Origin: an uncultured Thermoplasmatales archaeon
Lineage (GTDB): Archaea > Thermoplasmatota > E2 > DHVEG-1
NCBI GenBank assembly: GCA_964517155.1
Contig: CAZFAZ010000010.1
Span: 1 to 32,034 of the forward strand
Length of the DNA stretch: 32,034 nt
Direction: 5' to 3'
The position numbers and the translations under genes are program-made. Of this stretch, positions 1 through 9,238 are shown piece by piece; the first letter of the stretch is position 1, and the number at the start of each line of letters is the position of its first letter. The notes beneath the pieces are model-generated. The model searched no databases. It saw only the letters and a list, made by a program, of their open reading frames with translations, and was not told the DNA's origin.

Positions 1-644
1 GTAAACCTCTTGAAGAATGTCTTTCTGAGTTTAAAAAAGGACTTAAACAGGGTTATACTCATTTTGTTTTGACTGCAGATGACACAGGAGCTTATGGGAT
101 AGATATTGGAAATACTTTTCCAGACCTTCTAGATGAGCTGCTAAAATATCAAGGGAATTATGTTATTGAACCGCAAGGTTTGAATCCTGTATGGATAGTA
201 AAATATATCGACCAATTAGAAAAGCAACTAAAACTCGGGAAAATAAAAACAATTCTTTCGCCCATTCAATCGGGTAGTAGCAGAATCCTCCAACTTATGC
301 AAAGATATCACAACACTGAACAAATGAAAGAAATCTTTTTAAGATTAAAAAAAGCTTATCCAGATTTAAATCTACATATGCATTATATAATGGGTTTTCC
401 AACAGAAACAATGAAAGATGTTGATTTGACTCTCAATTTTATAAAAGATGCAGGTTTTGATGGAGGATATATATTTTCTTACTCATGTAAATCAGGCAGT
501 AAAGCAGAGAAAATTGAGCCAAAAATTTCTCAAGAAGAAATTAAAAAAAGGATGTATTATGTTAAAAAGTTTTTAAAAAAAGCAGGATACCGTGTGATTT
601 ATCTTTCTGAAATGCATTTTTTTATATTTGAAAAAAGAAAATAG
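1..644 (+). CDS. MiaB/methylthiotransferase-like radical SAM protein, 5'-truncated by the window edge; no TRAM domain
   Basis: The frame is open from nt 3 (KPLEECLSEFKKGLKQGYTHFVLTADDTGAYG...). It has PIQSGS, HYIMGFPTET and FSYS motifs and is a clear paralog of 1178-2437. Confidence 0.85.
   Translation, partial: KPLEECLSEFKKGLKQGYTHFVLTADDTGAYGIDIGNTFPDLLDELLKYQGNYVIEPQGLNPVWIVKYIDQLEKQLKLGKIKTILSPIQSGSSRILQLMQRYHNTEQMKEIFLRLKKAYPDLNLHMHYIMGFPTETMKDVDLTLNFIKDAGFDGGYIFSYSCKSGSKAEKIEPKISQEEIKKRMYYVKKFLKKAGYRVIYLSEMHFFIFEKRK
504..589 (+). repeat. 86-bp near-identical repeat, copy 1 (copy 2 at 2294-2379)
   Basis: gcagagaaaattgagcc...aaaagcaggata matches 2294-2379 with one mismatch (T562 vs C2352). 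Confidence 0.9.
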
Positions 645-895
645 CTATTTGCTAATCATGAAAATAATATTTGATAGGTGACATTATTTTGCTCGCAATC
701 TTTTTTAGATATAATCATTCCGCTTTAAAAACCAATAATAAGCTTTATTTAAATCGTTTTATTAATAAAATAATGAAAACATTGTTCATTCAGATTACTA
801 TGTCCTATCAGGGGAATAAAAACTTAAAGCTAGACTACATATAAAATCGTTTATATATGTAAACCCAGGATGTCGTTGTGAATTAAGATCTTTGG

Positions 896-1090
896 ATGCA
901 GAAAGAATTGGAGAGTTTTTTGATTATTTACTCTGAAAAAGACGAAATAATGTCAAACAAAACAAAGTTTATTTCAAACGCGTTTTATCATGATGCAAAA
1001 ATTGTTGTAATTCAAGGCGTTGCTCATATGTTTCCTGTCTCTAATAATAAAAATTTTGTTGATTTAATGATAGATTATCTTAAAAGATAA
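896..1090 (+). pseudogene. C-terminal remnant of an alpha/beta hydrolase
   Basis: LIIYSEKDEIM...AKIVVIQGVAHMFP resembles the catalytic Asp and His segments. No nucleophile-elbow region is visible upstream. Confidence 0.5.
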
Positions 1091-1177
1091 TTATTTAACC
1101 ATTAGTTTTTTTTATGTTTGTATCAAATCAGGATAATAACTAATAACTATTTGTTATATGTGCCAGGTATGAATCAT

Positions 1178-2437
1178 ATGAAAAGTGTTTACATTTGTTT
1201 AAATCACGATTGTGAGCTAAGATATCTTGATGCTACAAAAATTAGTAAATATTTTAAAAAAAACAATTTTAAAATTGTTAAAAAACCATATGATGCGGAT
1301 ATTATTTTTTTTATAGCATGTGCTGTAGTAAACGAAGTATCTGACGATGCATTAAATCGTATTCAATCATTCAAAAAATATGATGCGGAGCTTATTGTTG
1401 CAGGGTGTCTTCCAGAAATGGAAAAAGAAAAATTATCAAAAATTTTTGACGGTAGAACATTGGTTACAAAAGAGTTTGATGGAATAGATGAATTATTCCC
1501 AGAAAACAAAATAAGTTTTAATGAAATTAAGGAGGGTAATAATCTTTTTGATTTTGATCATCAAAATACAATTTTTACAAAATTAAAAGAATCTTTTTCA
1601 GAAAATTTTTTTATTTTTAAAATACTTGAAAGAGCCACTGTTTACGTAGTAAAGCACATTTTAGTTGAAAAATCTTTTTTATATCATGTTTTAATAGATT
1701 CTAAAAAAAAATATTTTATATGCATATCTCGAGGTTGTATGGGAAATTGTTCATATTGTACCATTCCTAAAGCAGTTGGTAGACATAAAAGCAAACCTTT
1801 TGATCAATGTTTAAATGAGTTTAAAAAAGGACTTGAACAAGGTTATAAACAATTTGTGATAACTGCAGATGATGTAAGCATTTATGGTTTAGATATTGAT
1901 AGTACATTGCCTAAATTATTAAGATCGATTGTAGCAATCCCAGATGATTTCGAAATTTCTATTAGAGGCATCCATCCTAGGTTTTTAATTAAGTATATAG
2001 ATGATTTGATGGATATATTTGATAAAGGGAAGATAACTAGGTTGGGTATACCCATCCAATCAGGCAGTAGTAGGGTACTGAAATTAATGAACAGATACTC
2101 AGATACTAATAAGATGAGCGAAGCACTTATAAAATTCAAAAATAATGCGCCTTTTGTTACAGTTCACACTCATTATTTAATGGGTTTTCCAACTGAAACT
2201 TTTGAAGACGTTACAGAAACATTAGAATATATGGTTGGTATTAAATTTGATGCAGGGTTTATTTATCCATTTTCTTGTAAAACCGGTAGTGTGGCAGAGA
2301 AAATTGAGCCAAAAATTTCTCAAGAAGAAATTAAAAAAAGGATGTATTATGCTAAAAAGTTTTTAAAAAAAGCAGGATATAAAGTTATATATCTACCAAA
2401 AACCAGGTTTTTTTCATTCGAACTTAAAGATCAATAG
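1178..2437 (+). CDS. MiaB/UPF0004-like radical SAM protein lacking the TRAM domain
   Basis: N-terminal MTTase-type cysteines (HDCEL, IACAV, VAGCL), CMGNCSYC radical SAM motif, PIQSGS and GFPTET. The protein ends right after the radical SAM domain. Start placed at ATG 1178 behind aggt; the ORF track extends to 1118. Confidence 0.85.
   Translation: MKSVYICLNHDCELRYLDATKISKYFKKNNFKIVKKPYDADIIFFIACAVVNEVSDDALNRIQSFKKYDAELIVAGCLPEMEKEKLSKIFDGRTLVTKEFDGIDELFPENKISFNEIKEGNNLFDFDHQNTIFTKLKESFSENFFIFKILERATVYVVKHILVEKSFLYHVLIDSKKKYFICISRGCMGNCSYCTIPKAVGRHKSKPFDQCLNEFKKGLEQGYKQFVITADDVSIYGLDIDSTLPKLLRSIVAIPDDFEISIRGIHPRFLIKYIDDLMDIFDKGKITRLGIPIQSGSSRVLKLMNRYSDTNKMSEALIKFKNNAPFVTVHTHYLMGFPTETFEDVTETLEYMVGIKFDAGFIYPFSCKTGSVAEKIEPKISQEEIKKRMYYAKKFLKKAGYKVIYLPKTRFFSFELKDQ
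2294..2379 (+). repeat. 86-bp near-identical repeat, copy 2
   Basis: 85/86 identical to 504-589. Confidence 0.9.
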
Positions 2438-3387
2438 TATTTATAACCATTATATTCAAAAAAAGCTCTAGTTTTTTTGTAGATAAATCTTCGCATATTT
2501 GATACTGCAGGATCTAAAGTTAGATTTCTTGTTTTTATCAAATCTTTATACTCAATTTTTTTTACAGAATCTAATTCTAAAAATTTCAATATATTACCAA
2601 TCGTATCATTGGGATTTTTACAAAATTCTTCGTATTTTATATTTATATATTCAGATTTTTTTATATTTTTTATGTTTTCAAGGAAAGTATTCATAAATTT
2701 TTTCATATGTCTTGTAATTGCCATAACTCCTAATGGTGATAATTCATTATACAAAAATCTAAGAAATAAAACTAATAAATAGTAATTATAAATCTCATCA
2801 TAAAAGCTATCTATTTTTGAATGATAAAACGGTTTTTCTTTATATAAAAAACGTTCCGACCCAAGACCAGAATTGATGCTGTTAAACGGATGTCTGTGAA
2901 TAAAAATAAATTTTGCATCTGGTATTTTCTTTTTTATGAATACAAATCTAAAGATATCTTGTGGATTTTTTAATAATATGGGTCTATTGTTTTTTGATAT
3001 AAACTGGATTTTTTTACACAACTCAAAAAGTAGATCTAGATTTTTTTTAACAGTTAAGTTTTTCCTGGTTTTTTTATATAAAATAAATCCATATTCTTCA
3101 GGTGTTGTTGATCTCGCTTCGAAAGAGTCTATCCCGCGATTAGTCACATCGTTTTCTGAGAAGAATTGATCTATTTTTTTTAATTCATCTGACTCTTTTC
3201 CAGATATGTAATTATTCAAAAGATGGTCGTACTCTAAAATATGATAGATATTTACATAATTAAAGCAATTAGATGATACAAGAGTTTTGTACAAAATACT
3301 TGTGCCGGAACGTGGTAAACCCAATATAAAAATAGGTTTAAATGATATATTTTCAAGTTCACAAAGATATTTTTTTTCTTTTTCCAT
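2431..3387 (-). CDS. PAPS-dependent sulfotransferase family protein
   Basis: PIFILGLPRSGTS 5'-PSB loop, LLKNP, KFIFIHRHP 3'-PB motif and IKYEEF. Alternative TTG start at 3408. Confidence 0.85.
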   Translation of the reverse strand: MEKEKKYLCELENISFKPIFILGLPRSGTSILYKTLVSSNCFNYVNIYHILEYDHLLNNYISGKESDELKKIDQFFSENDVTNRGIDSFEARSTTPEEYGFILYKKTRKNLTVKKNLDLLFELCKKIQFISKNNRPILLKNPQDIFRFVFIKKKIPDAKFIFIHRHPFNSINSGLGSERFLYKEKPFYHSKIDSFYDEIYNYYLLVLFLRFLYNELSPLGVMAITRHMKKFMNTFLENIKNIKKSEYINIKYEEFCKNPNDTIGNILKFLELDSVKKIEYKDLIKTRNLTLDPAVSNMRRFIYKKTRAFFEYNGYKYY

Positions 3388-3505
3388 TTTATTACTCTTT
3401 TTATGCAATGTAACTATTATCTACTTAAAAATCCATTTAAAATCAAAAAAGATTTAACTATATAGTTGTTTTTTTATATGTGATAAAAATGGGGCTTAAT
3501 CTTTT

Positions 3506-4822
3506 ATGAAAATTCTTTTTGTATACCCATCTCATAGAAAATTTGGTTGCGATAGTTCTAATAATTTTAAGATGCTTAAAACAATGAGTGTTCATGTACC
3601 TTCTACTCTCTTACAATTAGTATCATTGACTCCTGAATTTCATGATATTAAAATTATTGATGAAAATCATTATGAACAAATAAATTTTGAAGAAAAATAT
3701 GATTTAGTTGCAATTACTTGCATGACAATGCACTCTTTGAGGGCTTATGAGATTGCGGATGAATTTAGAAGAAGAGGAGCAACTGTTGTATTAGGCGGAT
3801 ATCATCCAACGGCTCTTCCTGAAGAAGCGAAACAACATTCAGATTCGGTAGTGATAGGGGAGGCTGAGGAATCATGGCCCAGATTGCTAAACGATGTTGA
3901 AAACTGTCGTATCGCTCCTTTTTACAAATCAGGAATTGTTGATACTAAATTAATACCTCCAGTTAAGAGATATTTTAAAAAGGGCTACTATCCAACAGGA
4001 ATCCAGGCAACAAGAGGATGTCCATATAAATGTGATTATTGTTCAATTCAAAATGTTGAAGGATCGCATTTTAGAAAAAGACCTATCGAAAATGTAGTAG
4101 AAGAAATCAAGAACTTGAAGACAAATTTTTTTTCATTTACTGATCCATCTCTAACTATAGATTTGGATTATACCCAAACTCTTTTTAAAGAAATTAAAAA
4201 ATTGAATAAATTTTTTGATTGCCATGGAAATATAAATGTTTTGAATAATAATGAAGATCTTATTAAACTTTCAAAAGAAGCAGGTTGCCAAACCTGGTAT
4301 GTAGGATTTGAATCAATTTCAAAGGAAAGTCTTGAAAGTGTTAATAAGTCGAATAATCCTAATTTATATCCTGAAGGAATTAAAAAAATTAGGAGAAATA
4401 GGTTATCAATTAATGGGTTGTTTATGTTTGGATTCGACGGAGATAAACTCGATGTTTTTGATAAAACCCTTAAATCTATAATTGATTGGAAAATAGATAT
4501 TGCTTCTTTTGCTATTCTAACACCTTTTCCAGGAACACCTGTTTTTAAAAGATTTGAAAAAGAAAACAGAATAATCACCAAAGATTGGTCAAAATATTAT
4601 TTTAACAATGTTGTTTTTGAACCTAAAAACATGACACAAGAAGAGCTATATAATAACACAAGGCGAATTACACAGAAGTTTTATTCTCTTTCAAACACTT
4701 TTAGAAGGTCCCTTGATAATCATTCTCTCAGCTATCACCAGTTTATAAATAAATTAAATCATAATTTAACAGATAGGCGGATCGTTAAAAAAGAATTTAA
4801 ATTTAAATATCAAAACATGTAA
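3506..4822 (+). CDS. B12-binding domain radical SAM protein (class B methyltransferase-like), copy 1
   Basis: VVLGGYHPT...VIGEAE cobalamin-binding region, TRGCPYKCDYC, GFES and TPFPGTP. Confidence 0.9.
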   Translation: MKILFVYPSHRKFGCDSSNNFKMLKTMSVHVPSTLLQLVSLTPEFHDIKIIDENHYEQINFEEKYDLVAITCMTMHSLRAYEIADEFRRRGATVVLGGYHPTALPEEAKQHSDSVVIGEAEESWPRLLNDVENCRIAPFYKSGIVDTKLIPPVKRYFKKGYYPTGIQATRGCPYKCDYCSIQNVEGSHFRKRPIENVVEEIKNLKTNFFSFTDPSLTIDLDYTQTLFKEIKKLNKFFDCHGNINVLNNNEDLIKLSKEAGCQTWYVGFESISKESLESVNKSNNPNLYPEGIKKIRRNRLSINGLFMFGFDGDKLDVFDKTLKSIIDWKIDIASFAILTPFPGTPVFKRFEKENRIITKDWSKYYFNNVVFEPKNMTQEELYNNTRRITQKFYSLSNTFRRSLDNHSLSYHQFINKLNHNLTDRRIVKKEFKFKYQNM

Positions 4823-4849
4823 AACCAGCTTCTGCATACATTATTTAGA

Positions 4850-6136
4850 ATGAAAATTTTGTTAATTAATGCAATTTTACAACCTAAAAAACATTTTTCA
4901 TCTGTAATAAAACTGACCAATAATCTTTTTATGTCTACTAGTTATTCGTTAAAACAGATACAGTCCCTTTGCCCCCCTTCTTATTTTGTAAAAATAGTCG
5001 ACGAAGCTTTTGAAAAAATTAAATATGATGATAAATATGATTTGGTAGGCGTTTCCTGCATACACACAAATGCAGCTTTTAGAGCTTATGAGATTGCTGA
5101 TGAGTTTCGTCGTCGTGGTATCACGGTGGTTCTTGGTGGTTGGCATCCATCGGTTTTACCTGAAGAAGCGAAACAGCATGCAGATGCTGTAGTAGTGGGT
5201 GAAGCTGAGGATAGTTGGCCAGAGTTACTTAGGGATTTTGAGAATGGACACTTGAAATCTTTTTATAAGCAAGAAGAACCTACTGATCCAAAAAAAATAC
5301 CGATTATAGATCATTCTATTTTTAAAAAAAAATCTTTAAGTTGTTTAATTAATGCAACTCGTGGTTGTCCATACCGTTGTAATTTTTGTTCTATTTCCAA
5401 TCAAAAGTTTGGTTGTGTATTTCGTAAGAGAGATATAGATGATGTGGTAGAAGAAGTTAAAAAAATTCCTAATAAACATTTAGTTTTCGTTGATACGTCC
5501 TTTTCGATCGATTTGGATTATACAAAAAAACTTTTTAAGAGGTTAAATGGTCTAAATAAAAAATTTCGATGCTGGATGAATGCAAACATACCTTTGGATG
5601 ATGAATTCTTGAAAATAACTAGTGATGCAGGATGTATAGCAATTGAGATGGGACTTGAAACTTTATCAAAAAAAACTCTAAGTTCATTAAACAAAAAAAC
5701 TAACGATTTAGATCAGTATAAAAAAATTATAAGAAAATTGCATGACTATGGAATGGCTATAGGTGCTACTTTTGTTTTCGGTTTCGATGCAGATACAAAA
5801 AGCGTATTTGATGAAACAATCAAAAATTTATATTCGCTAAACATTGATTTCCCAAGATTCGCAATTTTAACTCCTTATCCGGGTACACCTCTGTTTAATG
5901 ACTTAGAAAAAAATGGGAGAATATTAACAAGAGACTGGTCAAAATATGATATGACCCATGTTGTGTTCGAACCAAAAAAAATGAGCCCTGAAGAATTACA
6001 AAATGGATGGTATAAAGTTTGTGAGGATGTTTATTCTATTAAAAATATAACAAAACGTGTTTTTACAAACAATAGTTTAAAGTTTAGTGCTTGGCTGTGG
6101 AAAACATCATTAAATTATGTTGAAAAAATTAGATAA
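4850..6136 (+). CDS. B12-binding domain radical SAM protein, copy 2
   Basis: VVLGGWHPS...VVGEAE, TRGCPYRCNFC, GLET and TPYPGTP. Confidence 0.9.
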   Translation: MKILLINAILQPKKHFSSVIKLTNNLFMSTSYSLKQIQSLCPPSYFVKIVDEAFEKIKYDDKYDLVGVSCIHTNAAFRAYEIADEFRRRGITVVLGGWHPSVLPEEAKQHADAVVVGEAEDSWPELLRDFENGHLKSFYKQEEPTDPKKIPIIDHSIFKKKSLSCLINATRGCPYRCNFCSISNQKFGCVFRKRDIDDVVEEVKKIPNKHLVFVDTSFSIDLDYTKKLFKRLNGLNKKFRCWMNANIPLDDEFLKITSDAGCIAIEMGLETLSKKTLSSLNKKTNDLDQYKKIIRKLHDYGMAIGATFVFGFDADTKSVFDETIKNLYSLNIDFPRFAILTPYPGTPLFNDLEKNGRILTRDWSKYDMTHVVFEPKKMSPEELQNGWYKVCEDVYSIKNITKRVFTNNSLKFSAWLWKTSLNYVEKIR

Positions 6137-6192
6137 TAGTTATATGTCTTATCGAACATTTATAAAATTATAAAGTTTAAGAGATCTGAAAA

Positions 6193-7482
6193 ATGAAAAT
6201 TTTACTTATCCTTGCTCATACTGGTACAACTTATCATGTGGTCGATGAATTAATTTATAGATATTATTATCCTTCGCTAACATTAGGGCAGTTAGTTTCA
6301 ATAACTCCAGATCATCATAAAATTGAAGTTATCGATGGTAGATATCAGAAGGTAGATTATAATTGGGTAGGAGATATTGTAGGGATCTCGTGCAGAACTG
6401 TTGCTGCTAAAACTGCTTATAAAATTGCTGATAAATTTAGAGAGAAAGGCATCAAAGTTGTTCTTGGTGGTTGGCATCCCTCACTAATGCCTGAGGAGGC
6501 TAAGCAGCATGCTGATAGTGTTGTTATTGGTGAGGCTGAGGATACTTGGCCTCAGTTGCTTAGGGACTTTGAGAATGGTGAACTAAAATCTTTTTATCGC
6601 CAAACAAAGCCCGTTGATCCGCGAAGTATACCCTCCCCTGAAATAATTAAACAAAAACATATTTTTTGTATGCCTATCCAGGCAACTAGAGGTTGTCCAT
6701 ATGGTTGTAGTTTTTGTCCAGTTAGTACTTTTCAAGGAAAGAAAATTAGACTTAGGCCTATCGATGATATTTTGAAGGAAATTAAAGATGCTCCTACTAA
6801 AAGATTATATTTTGTTGATAATTCTCTTACAATCAATGTCAGTTATACAAAAGAGTTATTCCGTGAGATGATTGGATTAAATAAAAAATTTAGTTGCTAT
6901 GGAAATATAAATGTTCTTGGTGAAGATATAGAACTTTTAAAACTTTCAGCTGATGCCGGATGCGATTGTTGGATAGTCGGATTTGAATCAATATATCAAG
7001 AGACAATTAATAAAATTGGAAAAATAACTAATGTAGTTGAGAAATACCCCAAAGCAATCAAAAAAATGCATGATCACAATCTTATTATACAAGGCCTTTT
7101 TGTTTTTGGTTTAGATGATGATAAACCCTCTGTTTTTAGAGAGACACTAAAGGCCATTTATAAATGGAAACTAGATAAAGCCGGTTTTGCGATTAGGACA
7201 CCTTTTCCAGGAACAACAGAGTTTGATAAGCTAGATTCTCAGGGAATGATAATCTCTAAAGATTGGTCTAAGTATAATTTAAAAAATGTTGTTTTTCAAC
7301 CAAAAAATATGAATCCTGTAGAATTATTCAAGGGTACGAATTGGGCTATAAATAATTTTTATTCAAATACAAATCTAATTAAAAGAAACATTCAGGATAA
7401 AGAAATAAATTTAAATCGTATAATTAATAGAACGATATCAGAAGCTTTGTCAAAAAATTTGTATAAAATATTAGGTTTTTAA
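6193..7482 (+). CDS. B12-binding domain radical SAM protein, copy 3
   Basis: VVLGGWHPS...VIGEAE, TRGCPYGCSFC, GFES and TPFPGT. Confidence 0.9.
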   Translation: MKILLILAHTGTTYHVVDELIYRYYYPSLTLGQLVSITPDHHKIEVIDGRYQKVDYNWVGDIVGISCRTVAAKTAYKIADKFREKGIKVVLGGWHPSLMPEEAKQHADSVVIGEAEDTWPQLLRDFENGELKSFYRQTKPVDPRSIPSPEIIKQKHIFCMPIQATRGCPYGCSFCPVSTFQGKKIRLRPIDDILKEIKDAPTKRLYFVDNSLTINVSYTKELFREMIGLNKKFSCYGNINVLGEDIELLKLSADAGCDCWIVGFESIYQETINKIGKITNVVEKYPKAIKKMHDHNLIIQGLFVFGLDDDKPSVFRETLKAIYKWKLDKAGFAIRTPFPGTTEFDKLDSQGMIISKDWSKYNLKNVVFQPKNMNPVELFKGTNWAINNFYSNTNLIKRNIQDKEINLNRIINRTISEALSKNLYKILGF

Positions 7483-7485
7483 TTT

Positions 7486-7665
7486 TTTTTTAAAAATGGA
7501 TACAAAATAAACACTTGGTCAAGTGAGGGACAAATTATTATTGTTTTTACTTGTGCTGCTTTTAATTCAAAAACAAAAACGTCTCTTAAAAAGATAAAAG
7601 AATTCCATAAATTTGATGCTTAGCTTATTTTTGCAGGCTATATATCTAAAACAGAAAAAGAAAAA
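7486..7665 (+). pseudogene. Remnant of the N-terminal domain of a third MiaB-like radical SAM paralog
   Basis: Hand translation FFKNGYKINTWSSEGQIIIVFTCAAFNSKTKTSLKKIKEFHKFDA*LIFAGYISKTEKEK aligns with FKKNNFKI...IIFFIACAVVNE...FKKYDAELIVAGCLPEMEKEK of 1178-2437. An in-frame TAG at 7621 stands where the paralog has Glu. Confidence 0.75.
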
Positions 7666-7681
7666 AATAATATAGATATTT

Positions 7682-7835
7682 AATAAGAGAAACAAACAAA
7701 TGGCAAAAAAATTATGAGACAAAAAAATGAAAATATTATAACTGTGTTGGTGACGGTCATGTTTTAGGTATTTCAGAAATATTGAAAAACAATAATATAA
7801 AATTTGAATCAGTTAAGTATTATCTTTTACTTTAA
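7682..7835 (+). pseudogene. Possible frameshifted C-terminal remnant of a TraB/GumN-family protein
   Basis: NKRNKQMAKKL*, then ENIITV and VGDGHVLGISEIL across frameshifts, resembles the TraB RNxxM...VVGxGHxxGI signature. Confidence 0.4.
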
Positions 7836-7896
7836 ATAAAACAACAACATTTTAATACCCTACTTTGTTAAAGGGAAAAATTCTGGTGATTAACAA

Positions 7897-8526
7897 ATGG
7901 TTGAAAAAATAAAAAATACAAGCGAAATATCTGTAAAGGCAATGCCTGTTGCAATTGCAGAACCAGCAGCACTCGGTCTTTTAGGTCTTGCTGTAGCTGC
8001 TCTTGTTATTGGTGCAGCATATTTTGGTTTAACACATGGTGAAGGATTTGGATCAAAATCACTTATGATTCCATGGATTTTAATGTTTGGAGCAACCTCG
8101 CAGCTTATAGCATGTTTAATGGATTTTAAAAGAAACAACATTTTTGGAGCAACAGTATTTGGAACATATGCAATGACGATGTATTCTATTGCAATTACTC
8201 TTCTAATAGCAATATTTGGTGGAGAAGGTGAAAATGTTGAATTTGCACATTATGCATTTGGTCTTATTGCAATACTTTTCTTTAGCCTTATTGCAACAGT
8301 TGCATCACTTATGACAAACAAGGTTTTATTTGCAATATTAATTGCGGTTGATATTGCAGTTATTGCATTGATACCTCATTACTTATCAGGGATTTCTGCT
8401 TTTCCAGCAGGAGTTTTTCTAATGATTACTTCTGTGTTATCGTTTTATGCTGCAGCTGCAATTTTAATTAATACAATGGCTAAAAAAACAGTTTTTCCCT
8501 TAGGCAGTCCTATATGGAAACCTTAA
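7897..8526 (+). CDS. GPR1/FUN34/YaaH (SatP-like) acetate uptake transporter
   Basis: AEPAALGL (variant of NPAPLGL), NNIFGATVFGTY and about six hydrophobic segments. A GGTGAT ribosome-binding site lies upstream. Confidence 0.85.
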   Translation: MVEKIKNTSEISVKAMPVAIAEPAALGLLGLAVAALVIGAAYFGLTHGEGFGSKSLMIPWILMFGATSQLIACLMDFKRNNIFGATVFGTYAMTMYSIAITLLIAIFGGEGENVEFAHYAFGLIAILFFSLIATVASLMTNKVLFAILIAVDIAVIALIPHYLSGISAFPAGVFLMITSVLSFYAAAAILINTMAKKTVFPLGSPIWKP

Positions 8527-8539
8527 TTTTTCTTTTCTA

Positions 8540-9232
8540 TCATTTTTTTAAGGCATAGGCTACAGCGGCTTTTGCATGAATACTTGTAGTATCAAAAACA
8601 GGTATATCCAAGTCGCTTTGCTTAATTAATAATGGTATTTCAGTGCAGCCAAGAATAACTCCTTGTGCACCTTTTGATACTAGCTTTTTGATTATCTCTA
8701 TGTATTTTTGTTTTGATGAATCTTTAAAGATTTCAAATCCCAGTTCATTTTCTAATATATCTTCTATTATTTTTTGATCCTTTTCATCAGGTATAACTGT
8801 TTCAATGTCATATCTGTCTTTTAGTTTCTTCTTAAAAAAATCTTCATTCATTGTATATTTCGTTCCAATGAGACCTACTTTTTTTAGGTTTTTTTCTTTT
8901 ATTTTTTTGGCCGTTGCATCTACAATGTGAATCAGTGGGATTCCAATGTTTTTCTGAAGTTCATTTGCTATTTTATGAGGAGTATTTGCACATATTATAA
9001 TTAATTCTGCACCAGCATTTTCTAGCATTTTACTAATGTCAATAAAAGACTTTGTTATTTCATCCCAGTTATTCCAGTTTTTAACCATTGTTTCTTCAAA
9101 ATCAATTGAATATAAAAGACATTTGGCAGAATGTTTACCTCCGAGTTTTTTATTGACATTTTCGTTGATAATTCTGTAATATTCCATGGTTGATATCCAG
9201 GTTGTTCCACCTATAAGGCCGATTTTTTTCAT
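8540..9232 (-). CDS. Aspartate/glutamate racemase family (YgeA/RacX-like amino-acid racemase)
   Basis: MKKIGLIGG...STMEYY, with both catalytic cysteine motifs present (ICANTPH and LGCTEIP). Confidence 0.9.
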   Translation of the reverse strand: MKKIGLIGGTTWISTMEYYRIINENVNKKLGGKHSAKCLLYSIDFEETMVKNWNNWDEITKSFIDISKMLENAGAELIIICANTPHKIANELQKNIGIPLIHIVDATAKKIKEKNLKKVGLIGTKYTMNEDFFKKKLKDRYDIETVIPDEKDQKIIEDILENELGFEIFKDSSKQKYIEIIKKLVSKGAQGVILGCTEIPLLIKQSDLDIPVFDTTSIHAKAAVAYALKK

Positions 9233-9238
9233 ATCAAT

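Noticed and set aside
504..2379. 86-bp repeat pair as a diversity-generating retroelement TR/VR
   Set aside because: There is only one mismatch, both copies are in-frame parts of paralogous enzymes, and no reverse transcriptase is in the window.
3738..6600. Similar DNA patches among the three B12 radical SAM genes as repeats
   Set aside because: They coincide with the conserved GGxHP...GEAE motif and differ at many synonymous sites, as expected for ordinary paralogy.
7621..7623. In-frame TAG as a pyrrolysine codon
   Set aside because: The surrounding frame is a start-less fragment that has also lost a conserved Cys, so a GAG-to-TAG nonsense change is the simpler explanation.
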